Notes under the pieces: model-generated | Databases searched by the model: none | The model's input: the letters and a program-made list of their open reading frames with translations, nothing else | Told to the model about the DNA's origin: nothing | Made by a program: the position numbers and the translations under genes | NCBI GenBank assembly: GCA_964016885.1 | Contig: OZ024740.1 | Coordinates: 10,168,001-10,232,000 of the forward strand | DNA: 64,000 nt | From: Eledone cirrhosa | Lineage: Eukaryota | Direction: 5' to 3' | Shown: positions 11,113-26,329 of the stretch, one piece after another | Numbering within the stretch: the first letter of the stretch is position 1 | Layout of the letters: each line of letters begins with the position of its first letter

Positions 11113-14100
11113 ATATAGTGTTATAGTATAGAGTGTATATAGGTGTTATAGTATAGAGTGTATATAGGTGTTATAGTATAGAGTGTATATAGGGTTATAG
11201 TATAGAGTGTATATAGGTGTTATAGTATAGAGTGTATAGAGGGTTATAGTATAGAGTGTATATAGGGTTATAGTATAAAGTGTATATAGGGTTATAGTAT
11301 AGAGTGTACATAGGGTTATAGTATAGAGTGTATATAGGGTTATAGTATAGAGTGTATATAGGTGTTATAGTATAGAGTGTATATAGGGTTATAGTATAGA
11401 GTGTATATAGGGTTATAGTATAGAGTGTATATAGGTGTTATAGTATAGAGTGTATATAGCGTTATAGTATAGAGTGTATATAGGGTTATAGTATAGAGTG
11501 TATATAGGTGTTATAGTATAGAGTGTATATAGGTGTTATAGTATAGAGTGTATATAGGGTTATAGTATAGAGTGTATATAGGGTTATAGTATAGAGTGTA
11601 TATAGGTGTTATAGTATAGAGTGTATATAGGTGTTATAGTATAAAGTGTATATAGGGTTATAGTATAAAGTGTATATAGGGTTATAGTATAGAGTGTATA
11701 TAGGGTTATAGTATAGAGTGTATATAGGGTTATAGTATAGAGTGTATATAGGTCTTATAGTATAGAGTATATATAGGTGTTATAGTATAGAGTGTATATA
11801 GGGTTATAGTATAGAGTGTATATAGGGTTATAGTATAGAGTGTATATAGGTGTTATAGTATAGAGTGTATATAGGGTTATAGTATAGAGTGTATATAGGG
11901 TTATAGTATAAAGTGTATATAGGGTTATAGTATAGAGTGTATATAGGGTTAAAGTATAGAGTGTATATAGGGTTAATTATATAGAGTGTATATAGGTGTT
12001 ATAGTATAGAGTGTATATAGGGTTATAGTATAGAGTGTATATAGGTGTTATAGTATAGAGTGTATATAGGGTTATAGTATAGAGTGTATATAGGGTTATA
12101 GTATAGAGTGTATATAGGTGTTATAGTATAGAGTGTATATAGGGTTATAGTATAGAGTGTATATAGCGTTATAGTATAGAGTGTATATAGGTGTTATAGT
12201 ATAGAGTGTATATAGGGTTATAGTATAGAGTGTATATAGGGTTTTAGTATAGAGTGTATATAGGGTTATAGTATAGAGTGTATATAGGCTTATAGTATAG
12301 AGTGTATATAGGTGTTATAGTATAGAGTGTATATAGGGTTATAGTATAGAGTGTATATAGGGTTATAGTATAGAGTGTATATAGGGTTATAGTATAGAGT
12401 GTATATAGGTGTTATAGTATAGAGTATATATAGGTATTATAGTATAGAGTGTATATAGGTGTTATAGTATAGAGTGTATATAGGGTTATAGTATAGAGTG
12501 TATATAGGGTTATAGTATAAAGTGTATATAGTGTTATAGTATAGAGTGTATATAGGTGTTATAGTATAGAGTGTATATAGGTGTTATAGTATAGAGTGTA
12601 TATAGGGTTATAGTATAGAGTGTATATAGGTGTTATAGTATAGAGTGTATAGAGGGTTATAGTATAGAGTGTATATAGGGTTATAGTATAGAGTGTATAT
12701 AGGGTTATAGTATAGAGTGTATATAGGTGTTATAGTATAGAGTGTATATAGGGTTATAGTATAAAGTGTATATAGGGTTATAGTATAGTGTGTATATAGG
12801 GTTATAGTATAGAGTGTATATAGGGTTATAGTATAGAGTGTATATAGGTGTTATAGTATAGAGTGTATATAGGGTTATAGTATAGAGTGTATATAGGGTT
12901 ATAGTATAGAGTGTATATAGGTGTTATAGTATAGAGTGTATATAGGGTTATAGTATAGAGTGTATATAGGGTTATAGTATAGAGTGTATATAGGTGTTAT
13001 AGTATAGAGTGTATATAGGTGTTATAGTATAGAGTGTATATAGGGTTATAGTATAGAGTGTATATAGGGTTATAGTATAGAGTGTATATAGGTGTTATAG
13101 TATAGAGTGTATATAGGTGTTATAGTATAAAGTGTATATAGGGTTATAGTATAAAGTGTATATAGGGTTATAGTATAGAGTGTATATAGGGTTATAGTAT
13201 AGAGTGTATATAGGGTTATAGTATAGAGTGTATATAGGTCTTATAGTATAGAGTATATATAGGTGTTATAGTATAGAGTGTATATAGGGTTATAGTATAG
13301 AGTGTATATAGGGTTATAGTATAGAGTGTATATAGGTGTTATAGTATAGAGTATATATAGGTGTTATAGTATAGAGTGTATATAGGTGTTATAGTATAGA
13401 GTGTATATAGGGTTATAGTATAGAGTGTATATAGGGTTATAGTATAAAGTGTATATAGGGTTATAGTATAGAGTGTATATAGGTTTTATAGTATAGAGTG
13501 TATATAGGGTTATAGTATAGAGTGTATATAGGTGTTATAGTATAGAGTGTATATAGGGTTATAGTATAGAGTGTATATAGGGTTATAGTATAAAGTGTAT
13601 ATAGGGTTATAGTATAGAGTGTATATAGGGTTAAAGTATAGAGTGTATATAGGGTTAATTATATAGAGTGTATATAGGTGTTATAGTATAGAGTGTATAT
13701 AGGGTTATAGTATAGAGTGTATATAGGTGTTATAGTATAGAGTGTATATAGGGTTATAGTATAGAGTGTATATAGGGTTATAGTATAGAGTGTATATAGG
13801 TGTTATAGTATAGAGTGTATATAGGTGTTATAGTATAGAGTGTATATAGGGTTATAGTATAGAGTGTATATAGGGTTATAGTATAGAGTGTATATAGGTG
13901 TTATAGTATAGAGTGTATATAGGTGTTATAGTATAAAGTGTATATAGGGTTATAGTATAAAGTGTATATAGGGTTATAGTATAGAGTGTATATAGGGTTA
14001 TAGTATAGAGTGTATATAGGGTTATAGTATAGAGTGTATATAGGTGTTATAGTATAGAGTATATATAGGTGTTATAGTATAGAGTGTATATAGGTGTTAT

Positions 14101-17100
14101 AGTATAGAGTGTATATAGGGTTATAGTATAAAGTGTATATAGGGTTATAGTATAAAGTGTATATCGGGTTATAGTACAGAGTGTATATAGGTGTTATAGT
14201 ATAGAGTGTATATAGGTGTTATAGTATAGAGTGTATATAGGGTTATAGTATAGAGTGTATATAGGTGTTATAATATAGAGTGTATATAGGGTTATAGTAT
14301 AGAGTGTATATAGGGTTATAATATAAAGTGTATATAGGGTTATAGTATAGAGTGTATATAGGGTTATAGTATAGAGTGTATATAGGGTTATAGTATAGAG
14401 TGTATATAGGTGTTATAGTATAGAGTATATATAGGTTTTATAGTATAGAGTGTATATAGGTGTTATAGTATAAAGTGTATATAGGGTTATAGTATAGAGT
14501 GTATATAGGTGTTATAGTATAGAGTATATATAGGTGTTATAGATAGAGTGTATATAGGTGTTATAGTATAGAGTGTATATCGGTGTTATAGTATAGAGTG
14601 TATATAGGGTTATAGTATAGAGTGTATATAGGTGTTATAGTATAAAGTGTATATAGGGTTATAGTATAGAGTGTATATAGGGTTATAGTATAGAGTATAT
14701 ATAGGTGTTATAGTATAGAGTGTATATAGGTGTTATAGTATAGAGTGTATATAGGTGTTATAGTATAAAGTGTATATAGGGTTATAGTATAGAGTGTATA
14801 TAGGGTTATAGTATAGAGTGTATATAGGGTTATAGTATAGAGTGTATATAGGGTTATAGTATAAAGTGTATATAGGGTTATAGTATAGAGTGTATATAGG
14901 GTTATAGTATAGAGTGTATATAGGGTTATAGTATAGAGTGTATATAGGGTTATAGTATAGAGTGTATATAGGTGTTATAGTATAAAGTGTATATAGGGTT
15001 ATAGTATAGAGTGTATATAGTGTTATAGTATAGAGTGTATATAGGGTTATAGTATAGAGTGTATATAGGGTTATAGTATAAAGTGTATATAGGGTTATAG
15101 TATAGAGTGTATATAGGTGTTATAGTATAGTGTGTATATAGGGTTATAGTATAAAGTGTATATAGGGTTATAGTATAGAGTGTATATAGGGTTATAGTAT
15201 AAAGTGTATATAGGGTTATAGTATAGAGTGTATATAGGGTTATAGTATAGAGTGTATATAGGGTTATAGTATAGAGTGTATATAGGGTTATAGTATAGAG
15301 TGTATATAGGTGTTATAGTATAGAGTGTATATAGGTGTGATAGTATAGAGTGTATATCGGTGTTATAGTATAGAGTGTATATAGGTGTTATAGTATAGAG
15401 TGTATATCGGTGTTATAGTATAGTGTGTATATAGGTGTGATAGTATAGCGTGTATGTACGTGTTATAGTATAGAGTGTATATAGGGTTATAGTATAAAGT
15501 GTATATAGGGTTATAGTATAGAGTGTATATAGGGTTATAGTATAGAGTGTATATAGGGTTATAGTATAGAGTGTATATAGGGTTATAGTATAGAGAATAT
15601 ATAGGTGTTATAGTATAGAGTGTATATAGGTGTTATAGTATAGAGTGTATATAGGGTTATAGTATAAAGTGTATATAGGGTTATAGTATAGAGTGTATAT
15701 AGGGTTATAGTATAGAGTGTATATAGGGTTATAGTATAAAGTGTATATAGGGTTATAGTATAGAGTGTATATAGGGTTATAATATAGAGTGTATATAGGG
15801 TTATAGTATAGAGTGTATATAGGGTTATAGTATAGAGTGTATATAGGTGTGATAGTATAAAGTGTATATAGGGTTATAGTATAGAGTGTATATAGGGTTA
15901 TATTATAGAGTGTATATAGGGTTATAGTATAGAGTGTATATAGGGTTATAGTATAGAGTGTATATAGGTGTTATAGTATAGAGTGTATATAGGTGTTATA
16001 GTATAGAGTGTATATAGGGTTATAGTATAAAGTGTATATCGGTGTTATAGTATAGAGTGTATATAGGTGTTATAGTATAGAGTGTATATCGGTGTTATAG
16101 TATAGAGTGTATATAGGTGTTATAGTATAGAGTGTATGTACGTGTTATAGTATAGAGTGTATATAGGGTTATAGTATAAAGTGTATATAGGGTTATAGTA
16201 TAGAGTGTATATAGGTGTTATAGTATAGAGTGTATATAGGGTTATAGTATAGAGTGTATATAGGGTTATAGTATAGAGTGTATATAGGGTTATAGTATAG
16301 AGTATATATAGGTGTTATAGTATAGAGTGTATATAGGTGTTATAGTATAGAGTGTATATAGGGTTATAGTATAGAGTGTATATAGGGTTATAGTATAAAG
16401 TGTATATAGGGTTATAGTATAGAGTGTATATAGGTGTTATAGTATAGAGTGTATATAGGTGTTATAGTATAGAGTGTATATCGGTGTTATTGTATAGAGT
16501 ATATATAGGTGTTATAGTATAGAGTGTATGTAGGTGTTATAGTATAGAGTGCATATAGGGTTATAGTATAGAGTGTATATAGGGTTATAGTATAGAGTGT
16601 AGATAGGGTTATAGTATAGAGTGTATATAGGTGTTATAGTATAGAGTGTATATAGGTGTTATAGTATAGAGTGTATATAGGGTTATATTATAAAGTGTAT
16701 ATAGGGTTATAGTATAGAGTGTATATAGGGTTATAGTATAGAGTGTATATAGGGTTATAGTATAGAGTGTATATAGGGTTATAGTATAGAGTGTATATAG
16801 GTGTTATAGTATAGAGTGTATATAGGTGTTATAGTATAGAGTGTATATCGGTGTTATAGTATAGAGTGTATAGAGGTGTTATAGTATAGAGTGTATATAG
16901 GGTTATAGTATAGTGTGTATATAGGGTTATAGTATAGAGTGTATATAGGGTTATAGTATAGAATGTATATAGGTGTTATAGTATAAAGTGTATATAGGGT
17001 TATAGTATAGAGTGTATATAGGGTTATAGTATAGAGTGTATGTAGGTGTTATAGTATAGAGTGTATATAGGGTTATAGTATGGAGTGTATATAGGTGTTA

Positions 17101-18539
17101 TAGTATAGAGTGTATATAGGTGTTATAGTATAGAGTGTATATAGGGTTATAGTATAGAGTGTGTATAGGTGTTATAGTATAGAGTGTATATAGGTGTTAT
17201 AGTATAGAGTGTATGTAGGTGTTATAGTATAGAGTGTATATAGGTGTTATAGTATAGAGTGTATATAGGGTTATAGTATAGAGTGTGTATAGGTGTTATA
17301 GTATAGAGTGTATGTAGGGGGTATAGTATAGAGTATATATAGGTGTTATAGTATAGAGTATATATAGGTGTTATAGTATAGAGTGTATATAGGTGTTATA
17401 GTATGGAGTGTATATAGGGTTATAGTATAGAGTGTATATAGGTGTTATAGTATAGAGTGTATATAGGTATTATAATATAGAGTGTATGTAGGTGTTATAG
17501 TATAGAGTGTATATCGGTGTTATAGTATAGAGTATATATAGGTGTTATAGTATAGAGTGTATATAGGTGTTATAGTATAGAGTGTATATAGGTGTTATAG
17601 TATAGAGTGTATGTAGGGGGTATAGTATAGAGTGTATATAGGTGTTATAGTATAGAGTGTATATAGGTGTTATAGTATAGAGTATATATAGGTGTTATAG
17701 TATAGAGTGTATATAGGTGTTATAGTATAGAGTGTATATAGGTGTTATAGTATAGAGTGTATGTAGGGGGTATAGTATAGAGTATATATAGGTGTTATAG
17801 TATAGAGTATATATAGGTGTTATAGTATAGAGTGTATATAGGTGTTATAGTATGGAGTGTATATAGGGTTATAGTATAGAGTGTATATAGGTGTTATAGT
17901 ATAGAGTGTATATAGGTATTATAATATAGAGTGTATGTAGGTGTTATAGTATAGAGTGTATATCGGTGTTATAGTATAGAGTATATATAGGTGTTATAGT
18001 ATAGAGTGTATATAGGGTTATAGTATAGAATGTATATAGGTGTTATAGTATAGAGTGTATATAGGTTTATAGTATAGAGTGTATATAGGGTTATAGTATA
18101 AAGTGTATATAGGGTTATAGTATAGAGTGTATATAGGGTTATAGTATTGAGTGTATATAGGGTTATAGTATAGAGTGTATATAGGTGTTATAGTATAGAG
18201 TGTATATAGGGTTATAGTATAGAGTGTATATAGGGTTATAGTATAAAGTGTATATAGGGTTATAGTATAGAGTGTATATAGGGTTATAGTATAGAGTGTA
18301 TATAGGGTTATAGTATAGATTGTATATAGGTGTTATAGTATAGAGTATATATAGGTGTTATAGTATAGAGTGTATATAGGTGTTATAGTATAAAGTGTAT
18401 ATAGGATTATAGTATAGAGTGTATATAGGGTTATAGTATAGAGTGTATATAGGGTTATAGTATAGAGTGTATATAGGGTTATAGTATAAAGTGTATATAG
18501 GGTTATAGTATAGAGTGTATATAGGTGTTATAGTATAGA

Positions 18540-21500
18540 GTGTATATAGGGTTATAGTATAAAGTGTATATAGGGTTATAGTATAGAGTGTATATAGGTG
18601 TTATAATATAGAGTGTATATAGGGTTATAGTATAGAGTGTGTATAGGTGTTATAGTATAGAGTGTATATAGGTGTTATAGTATAGAGTGTATATAGGTGT
18701 TATAGTATAGAGTGTATATAGGTGTTATATTATAGAGTGTATATAGGTGTTATAGTATAGAGTGTATATAGGTGTTATAGTATAGAGTGTATATAGGTGT
18801 TATAGTATAGAGTGTATATAGGTGTTATAGTATAGAGTGTATATAGGTATTATAGTATAGAGTGTATATAGGTGTTATAGTATAGAGTGTATGTAGGTGT
18901 TATAGTATAGAGTGTTGTAGTATAGAGTGTATATAGGTGTTATAGTATAGAGTGTATATAGGTGTTATAGTATAGAGTGTATATCGGTGTTATAGTATAG
19001 AGTGTATATAGGTGTTATAGTATAGAGTGTATATAGGTGTTATAGTATAGAGTGTATATAGGTGTTATAGTATAGAGTGTATATAGGTGTTATAGTATAG
19101 AGTGTATATAGGTGTTATAGTATAGAGTGTATATAGGTGTTATAGTATAGAGTGTATATAGGGTTATAGTATAAAGTGTATATAGGGTTATAGTATAGAG
19201 TGTATATAGGGTTATAGTATAGAGTGTATATAGGGTAATAGTATAGAGTGTATATAGTGTTATAGTATAGAGTGTATATAGGTGTTATAGTATAAAGTGT
19301 ATATAGGGTTATAGTATAGAGTGTATATAGGGTTATAGTATAGAGTGTATATAGGGTTATAGTATAGAGTGTATATAGGGTTATAGTATAAAGTGTATAT
19401 AGGGTAATAGTATAGAGTGTATATAGGTGTTATAGTATAGAGTGTATATAGGGTTATAGTATAAAGTGTATATAGGGTTATAGTATAGAGTGTATATAGG
19501 GTTATAGTATAAAGTGTATATAGGGTTATAGTATAGAGTGTATATAGGGTTATAGTATAGAGTGTATATAGGGTTATAGTATAGAGTGTATATAGGGTTA
19601 TAGTATAGAGTGTATATAGGTGTTATAGTATAGAGTGTATATAGGTGTTATAGTATAGAGTGTATATAGTGTTATAGTATAAAGTTTATATAGGGTTATA
19701 GTATAGAGTGTATATAGGGTTATAGTATAAAGTGTATATAGGGTTATAGTATAGAGTGTATATAGGGTTATAGTATAGAGTGTATATAGGGTGTATAGTA
19801 TAGAGTGTATAGAGGGTTATAGTATAAAGTGTATATAGGATTATAGTATAGAGTGTATATAGGGTTATATTATAGAGTGTATATAGGGTTATAGTATAGA
19901 GTTTATATAGGTGTTATAGTATAGAGTGTATATAGGTGTTATAGTATAGAGTGTATATAGGGTTATAGTATAAAGTGTATATAGGGTTATAGTATAGAGT
20001 GTATATAGGGTTATAGTATAGAGTGTAGATAGGGTTATAGTATAGAGTGTATATAGGTGTTATAGTATAGAGTGTATATAGGTGTTATAGTATAGAGTGT
20101 ATATAGGGTTATATTATAAAGTGTATATAGGGTTATAGTATAGAGTGTATATAGGGTTATAGTATAGAGTGTATATAGGGTTATAGTATAGAGTGTATAT
20201 AGAGTTATAGTATAGAGTGTATATAGGTGTTATAGTATAGAGTGTATATAGGTGTTATAGTATAGAGTGTATATCGGTGTTATAGTATAGAGTGTATAGA
20301 GGTGTTATAGTATAGAGTGTATATAGGGTTATAGTATAGTGTGTATATAGGGTTATAGTATAGAGTGTAAATAGGGTTATAGTATAGAGTGTATATAGGT
20401 GTTATAGTATAAAGTGTATATAGGGTTATAGTATAGAGTGTATATAGGGTTATAGTATAGAGTGTATGTAGGTGTTATAGTATAGAGTGTATATAGGGTT
20501 ATAGTATGGAGTGTATATAGGTGTTATAGTATAGAGTGTATATAGGTGTTATAGTATAGAGTGTATATTGGGTTATATTATAGAATGTATATAGGGTTAT
20601 AGTATAGAGTGTATATAGGGTTATAGTATAGAGTGTATATAGGTGTTATAGTATAGAGTGTAAATAGGGTTATAGTATAGAGTGTATATCGGTGTTATTG
20701 TATAGAGTGTATATAGGGTTATAGTATAGAGTGTATGTAGGTGTTATAGTATAGAGTGTATATAGGTGTTATAGTATAGAGTGTATATAGGGTTATAGTA
20801 TAGAGTGTATATAGGTGTTATAGTATAGAGTGTATATAGGTGTTATAGTATAGAGTGTATATCGGTGTTATAGTATAGAGTATATATAGGTGTTATAATA
20901 TAGAGTATATATAGGGTTATAGTATAGAGTGTATATAGGTGTTATAGTATAGAGTGTGTATAGGTGTTATAATATAGAGTGTATATAGGTGTTATAGTAT
21001 AGAGTGTATGTAGGGGGTATATTATAGAGTATATATAGGTGTTATAGTATAGAGTATATATAGGTGTTATAGTATAGAGTGTATATAGGTGTTATAGTAT
21101 GGAGTGTATATAGGGTTATAGTATAGAGTGTATATAGGTGTTATAGTATAGAGTGTATATCGGTGTTATAGTATAGAGTATATATAGGTGTTATAGTATA
21201 GAGTGTATATAGGTGTTATAGTATAGAGTGTATATAGGGTTATAGTATAGAGTTTATATAGGTGTTATAGTATAGAGTGTATATTGGTGTTATAGTATAG
21301 AGTGTATATAGGTGTTATAGTATAAAGTGTATATAGGGTTATAGTATAGAGTGTATATAGGGTTATAGTATAGAGTGTATAAAGGGTTATAGTATAGAGT
21401 GTATATAGGGTTATAGTATAAAGTGATTCTAGGGTTATAGTATAGAGTGTATATAGGGTTATAGTATAGAGTGTATATAGGGTTATAGTATAGAGTGTAT

Positions 21501-24500
21501 ATAGGGTTATAGTATAGAGTATATAAAGGTGTTATAGTATAGAGTGTATATAGGTGTTATAGTATAGAGTGTATATAGGTGTTATAGTATAGAGTGTATA
21601 TAGAGTTATAGTATAAAGTGTATATAGGGTTATAGTATAGAGTGTATATAGGGTTATAGTATAGAGTGTATATAGTGTTATAGTATAGAGTGTATATAGG
21701 GTTATAGTATAAAGTGTATATAGGGTTATAATATAGAGTGTATATAGGGTTATAGTATAAAGTGTATATAGGATTATAGTATAGAGTGTATATAGGGTTA
21801 TAGTATAGAGTGTATATAGGGTTATAGTATAGAGTGTATATAGGGTTATAGTATAGAGTGTATATAGGTGTTATAGTATAGAGTGTATATAGGTGTTATA
21901 GTATAGAGTGTATATAGGGTTATAGTATAAAGTGTATATAGGGTTATAGTATAGAGTGTATATAGGGTTATAGTATAAAGTGTATATAGGGTTATAGTAT
22001 AGAGTGTATATAGGTGTTATAATATAGAGTGTATATAGGGTTATAGTATAGAGTGTGTATAGGTGTTATAGTATAGAGTGTATATAGGTGTTATAGTATA
22101 GAGTGTATATAGGTGTTATAGTATAGAGTGTATATAGGTGTTATATTATAGAGTGTATATAGGTGTTATAGTATAGAGTGTATATAGGTGTTATAGTATA
22201 GAGTGTATATAGGTGTTATAGTATAGAGTGTATATAGGTGTTATAGTATAGAGTGTATATAGGTATTATAGTATAGAGTGTATATAGGTGTTATAGTATA
22301 GAGTGTATGTAGGTGTTATAGTATAGAGTGTTGTAGTATAGAGTGTATATAGGTGTTATAGTATAGAGTGTATATAGGTGTTATAGTATAGAGTGTATAT
22401 CGGTGTTATAGTATAGAGTGTATATAGGTGTTATAGTATAGAGTGTATATAGGTGTTATAGTATAGAGTGTATATAGGTGTTATAGTATAGAGTGTATAT
22501 AGGTGTTATAGTATAGAGTGTATATAGGTGTTATAGTATAGAGTGTATATAGGTGTTATAGTATAGAGTGTATATAGGGTTATAGTATAAAGTGTATATA
22601 GGGTTATAGTATAGAGTGTATATAGGGTTATAGTATAGAGTGTATATAGGGTAATAGTATAGAGTGTATATAGTGTTATAGTATAGAGTGTATATAGGTG
22701 TTATAGTATAAAGTGTATATAGGGTTATAGTATAGAGTGTATATAGGGTTATAGTATAGAGTGTATATAGGGTTATAGTATAGAGTGTATATAGGGTTAT
22801 AGTATAAAGTGTATATAGGGTAATAGTATAGAGTGTATATAGGTGTTATAGTATAGAGTGTATATAGGGTTATAGTATAAAGTGTATATAGGGTTATAGT
22901 ATAGAGTGTATATAGGGTTATAGTATAAAGTGTATATAGGGTTATAGTATAGAGTGTATATAGGGTTATAGTATAGAGTGTATATAGGGTTATAGTATAG
23001 AGTGTATATAGGGTTATAGTATAGAGTGTATATAGGTGTTATAGTATAGAGTGTATATAGGTGTTATAGTATAGAGTGTATATAGTGTTATAGTATAAAG
23101 TTTATATAGGGTTATAGTATAGAGTGTATATAGGGTTATAGTATAAAGTGTATATAGGGTTATAGTATAGAGTGTATATAGGGTTATAGTATAGAGTGTA
23201 TATAGGGTTATAGTATAGAGTGTATAGAGGGTTATAGTATAAAGTGTATATAGGATTATAGTATAGAGTGTATATAGGGTTATATTATAGAGTGTATATA
23301 GGGTTATAGTATAGAGTTTATATAGGTGTTATAGTATAGAGTGTATATAGGTGTTATAGTATAGAGTGTATATAGGGTTATAGTATAAAGTGTATATAGG
23401 GTTATAGTATAGAGTGTATATAGGGTTATAGTATAGAGTGTAGATAGGGTTATAGTATAGAGTGTATATAGGTGTTATAGTATAGAGTGTATATAGGTGT
23501 TATAGTATAGAGTGTATATAGGGTTATATTATAAAGTGTATATAGGGTTATAGTATAGAGTGTATATAGGGTTATAGTATAGAGTGTATATAGGGTTATA
23601 GTATAGAGTGTATATAGAGTTATATTATAGAGTGTATATAGGTGTTATAGTATAGAGTGTATATAGGTGTTATAGTATAGAGTGTATATCGGTGTTATAG
23701 TATAGAGTGTATAGAGGTGTTATAGTATAGAGTGTATATAGGGTTATAGTATAGTGTGTATATAGGGTTATAGTATAGAGTGTAAATAGGGTTATAGTAT
23801 AGAGTGTATATAGGTGTTATAGTATAAAGTGTATATAGGGTTATAGTATAGAGTGTATATAGGGTTATAGTATAGAGTGTATGTAGGTGTTATAGTATAG
23901 AGTGTATATAGGGTTATAGTATGGAGTGTATATAGGTGTTATAGTATAGAGTGTATATAGGTGTTATAGTATAGAGTGTATATTGGGTTATATTATAGAA
24001 TGTATATAGGGTTATAGTATAGAGTGTATATAGGGTTATAGTATAGAGTGTATATAGGTGTTATAGTATAGAGTGTATATAGGTGTTATAGTATAGAGTG
24101 TATATCGGTGTTATTGTATAGAGTATATATAGGTGTTATAGTATAGAGTGTATGTAGGTGTTATAGTATAGAGTGTATATAGGTGTTATAGTATAGAGTG
24201 TATATAGGGTTATAGTATAGAGTGTATATAGGTGTTATAGTATAGAGTGTATATAGGTGTTATAGTATAGAGTGTATATCGGTGTTATAGTATAGAGTAT
24301 ATATAGGTGTTATAATATAGAGTATATATAGGGTTATAGTATAGAGTGTATATAGGTGTTATAGTATAGAGTGTGTATAGGTGTTATAATATAGAGTGTA
24401 TATAGGTGTTATAGTATAGAGTGTATGTAGGGGGTATATTATAGAGTATATATAGGTGTTATAGTATAGAGTATATATAGGTGTTATAGTATAGAGTGTA

Positions 24501-25370
24501 TATAGGTGTTATAGTATGGAGTGTATATAGGGTTATAGTATAGAGTGTATATAGGTTTTATAGTATAGAGTGTATATCGGTGTTATAGTATAGAGTATAT
24601 ATAGGTGTTATAGTATAGAGTGTATATAGGTGTTATAGTATAGAGTGTATATAGGGTTATAGTATAGAGTTTATATAGGTGTTATAGTATAGCGTGTATA
24701 TTGGTGTTATAGTATAGAGTGTATATAGGTGTTATAGTATAAAGTGTATATAGTGTTATAGTATAGAGTGTATATAGGGTTATAGTATAGAGTGTATAAA
24801 GGGTTATAGTATAGAGTGTATATAGGGTTATAGTATAAAGTGATTCTAGGGTTATAGTATAGAGTGTATATAGGGTTATAGTATAGAGTGTATATAGGGT
24901 TATAGTATAGAGTGTATATAGGGTTATAGTATAGAGTATATAAAGGTGTTATAGTATAGAGTGTATATAGGTGTTATAGTATAGAGTGTATATAGGTGTT
25001 ATAGTATAGAGTGTATATAGAGTTATAGTATAAAGTGTATATAGGGTTATAGTATAGAGTGTATATAGGGTTATAGTATAGAGTGTATATAGTGTTATAG
25101 TATAGAGTGTATATAGGGTTATAGTATAAAGTGTATATAGGGTTATAGTATAGAGTGTATATAGGGTTATAGTATAAAGTGTATATAGGATTATAGTATA
25201 GAGTGTATATAGGGTTATAGTATAGAGTGTATATAGGGTTATAGTATAGAGTGTATATAGGGTTATAGTATAGAGTGTATATAGGTGTTATAGTATAGAG
25301 TGTATATAGGTGTTATAGTATAGAGTGTATATAGGGTTATAGGATAAAGTGTATATAGGGTTATAGTATA
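18540..25370. repeat. Higher-order tandem duplication, 2 x ~3.42 kb
   Basis: Rare markers recur at a fixed offset: TTATAAT 18601/22017, TTGTAG 18915/22331 (3416) and GATTCT 21425/24842 (3417). Boundaries are approximate. Confidence 0.88.
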
Positions 25371-26329
25371 GAGTGTATATAGGGTTATAGTATAGAGTGT
25401 ATATAGGGTTATAGTATAGAGTGTATATAGGGTTATAGTATAGAGTGTATATAGGGTTATAGTATAGAGTGTATATAGGTGTTATAGTATAGAGTGTATA
25501 TAGGTGTTATAGTATAGAGTGTATATAGGGTTATAGTATAGAGTGTATAGAGGTGTTATAGTATAGAGTGTATATAGGGTTATAGTATAGTGTGTATATA
25601 GGGTTATAGTATAGAGTGTATATAGGGTTATAGTATAGAGTGTATATAGGTGTTATAGTATAGAGTGTATATAGGTGTTATAGTATAGAGTGTATATAGG
25701 GTTATAGTATAAAGTGTATATAGGGTTATAGTATAGAGTGTATATAGGGTTATAGTATAGAGTGTATATAGGGTTATAGTATAGAGTGTATATAGGTGTT
25801 ATAGTATAGAGTGTATATAGGTGTTATAGTATAGAGTGTATATCGGTGTTATAGTATAGAGTATATATAGGTGTTATAATATAGAGTATATATAGGGTTA
25901 TAGTATAGAGTGTATATAGGTGTTATAGTATAGAGTGTGTATAGGTGTTATAGTATAGAGTGTATATAGGTGTTATAGTATAGAGTGTATATAGGTGTTA
26001 TAGTATAGAGTGTATGTAGGGGGTATATTATAGAGTATATATAGGTGTTATAGTATAGAGTATATATAGGTGTTATAGTATAGAGTGTATATAGGTGTTA
26101 TAGTATGGAGTGTATATAGGGTTATAGTATAGAGTGTATATAGGTGTTATAGTATAGAGTGTATATCGGTGTTATAGTATAGAGTATATATAGGTGTTAT
26201 AGTATAGAGTGTATATAGGTGTTATAGTATAGAGTGTATATAGGGTTATAGTATAGAGTTTATATAGGTGTTATAGTATAGAGTGTATATTGGTGTTATA
26301 GTATAGAGTGTATATAGGTGTTATAGTAT

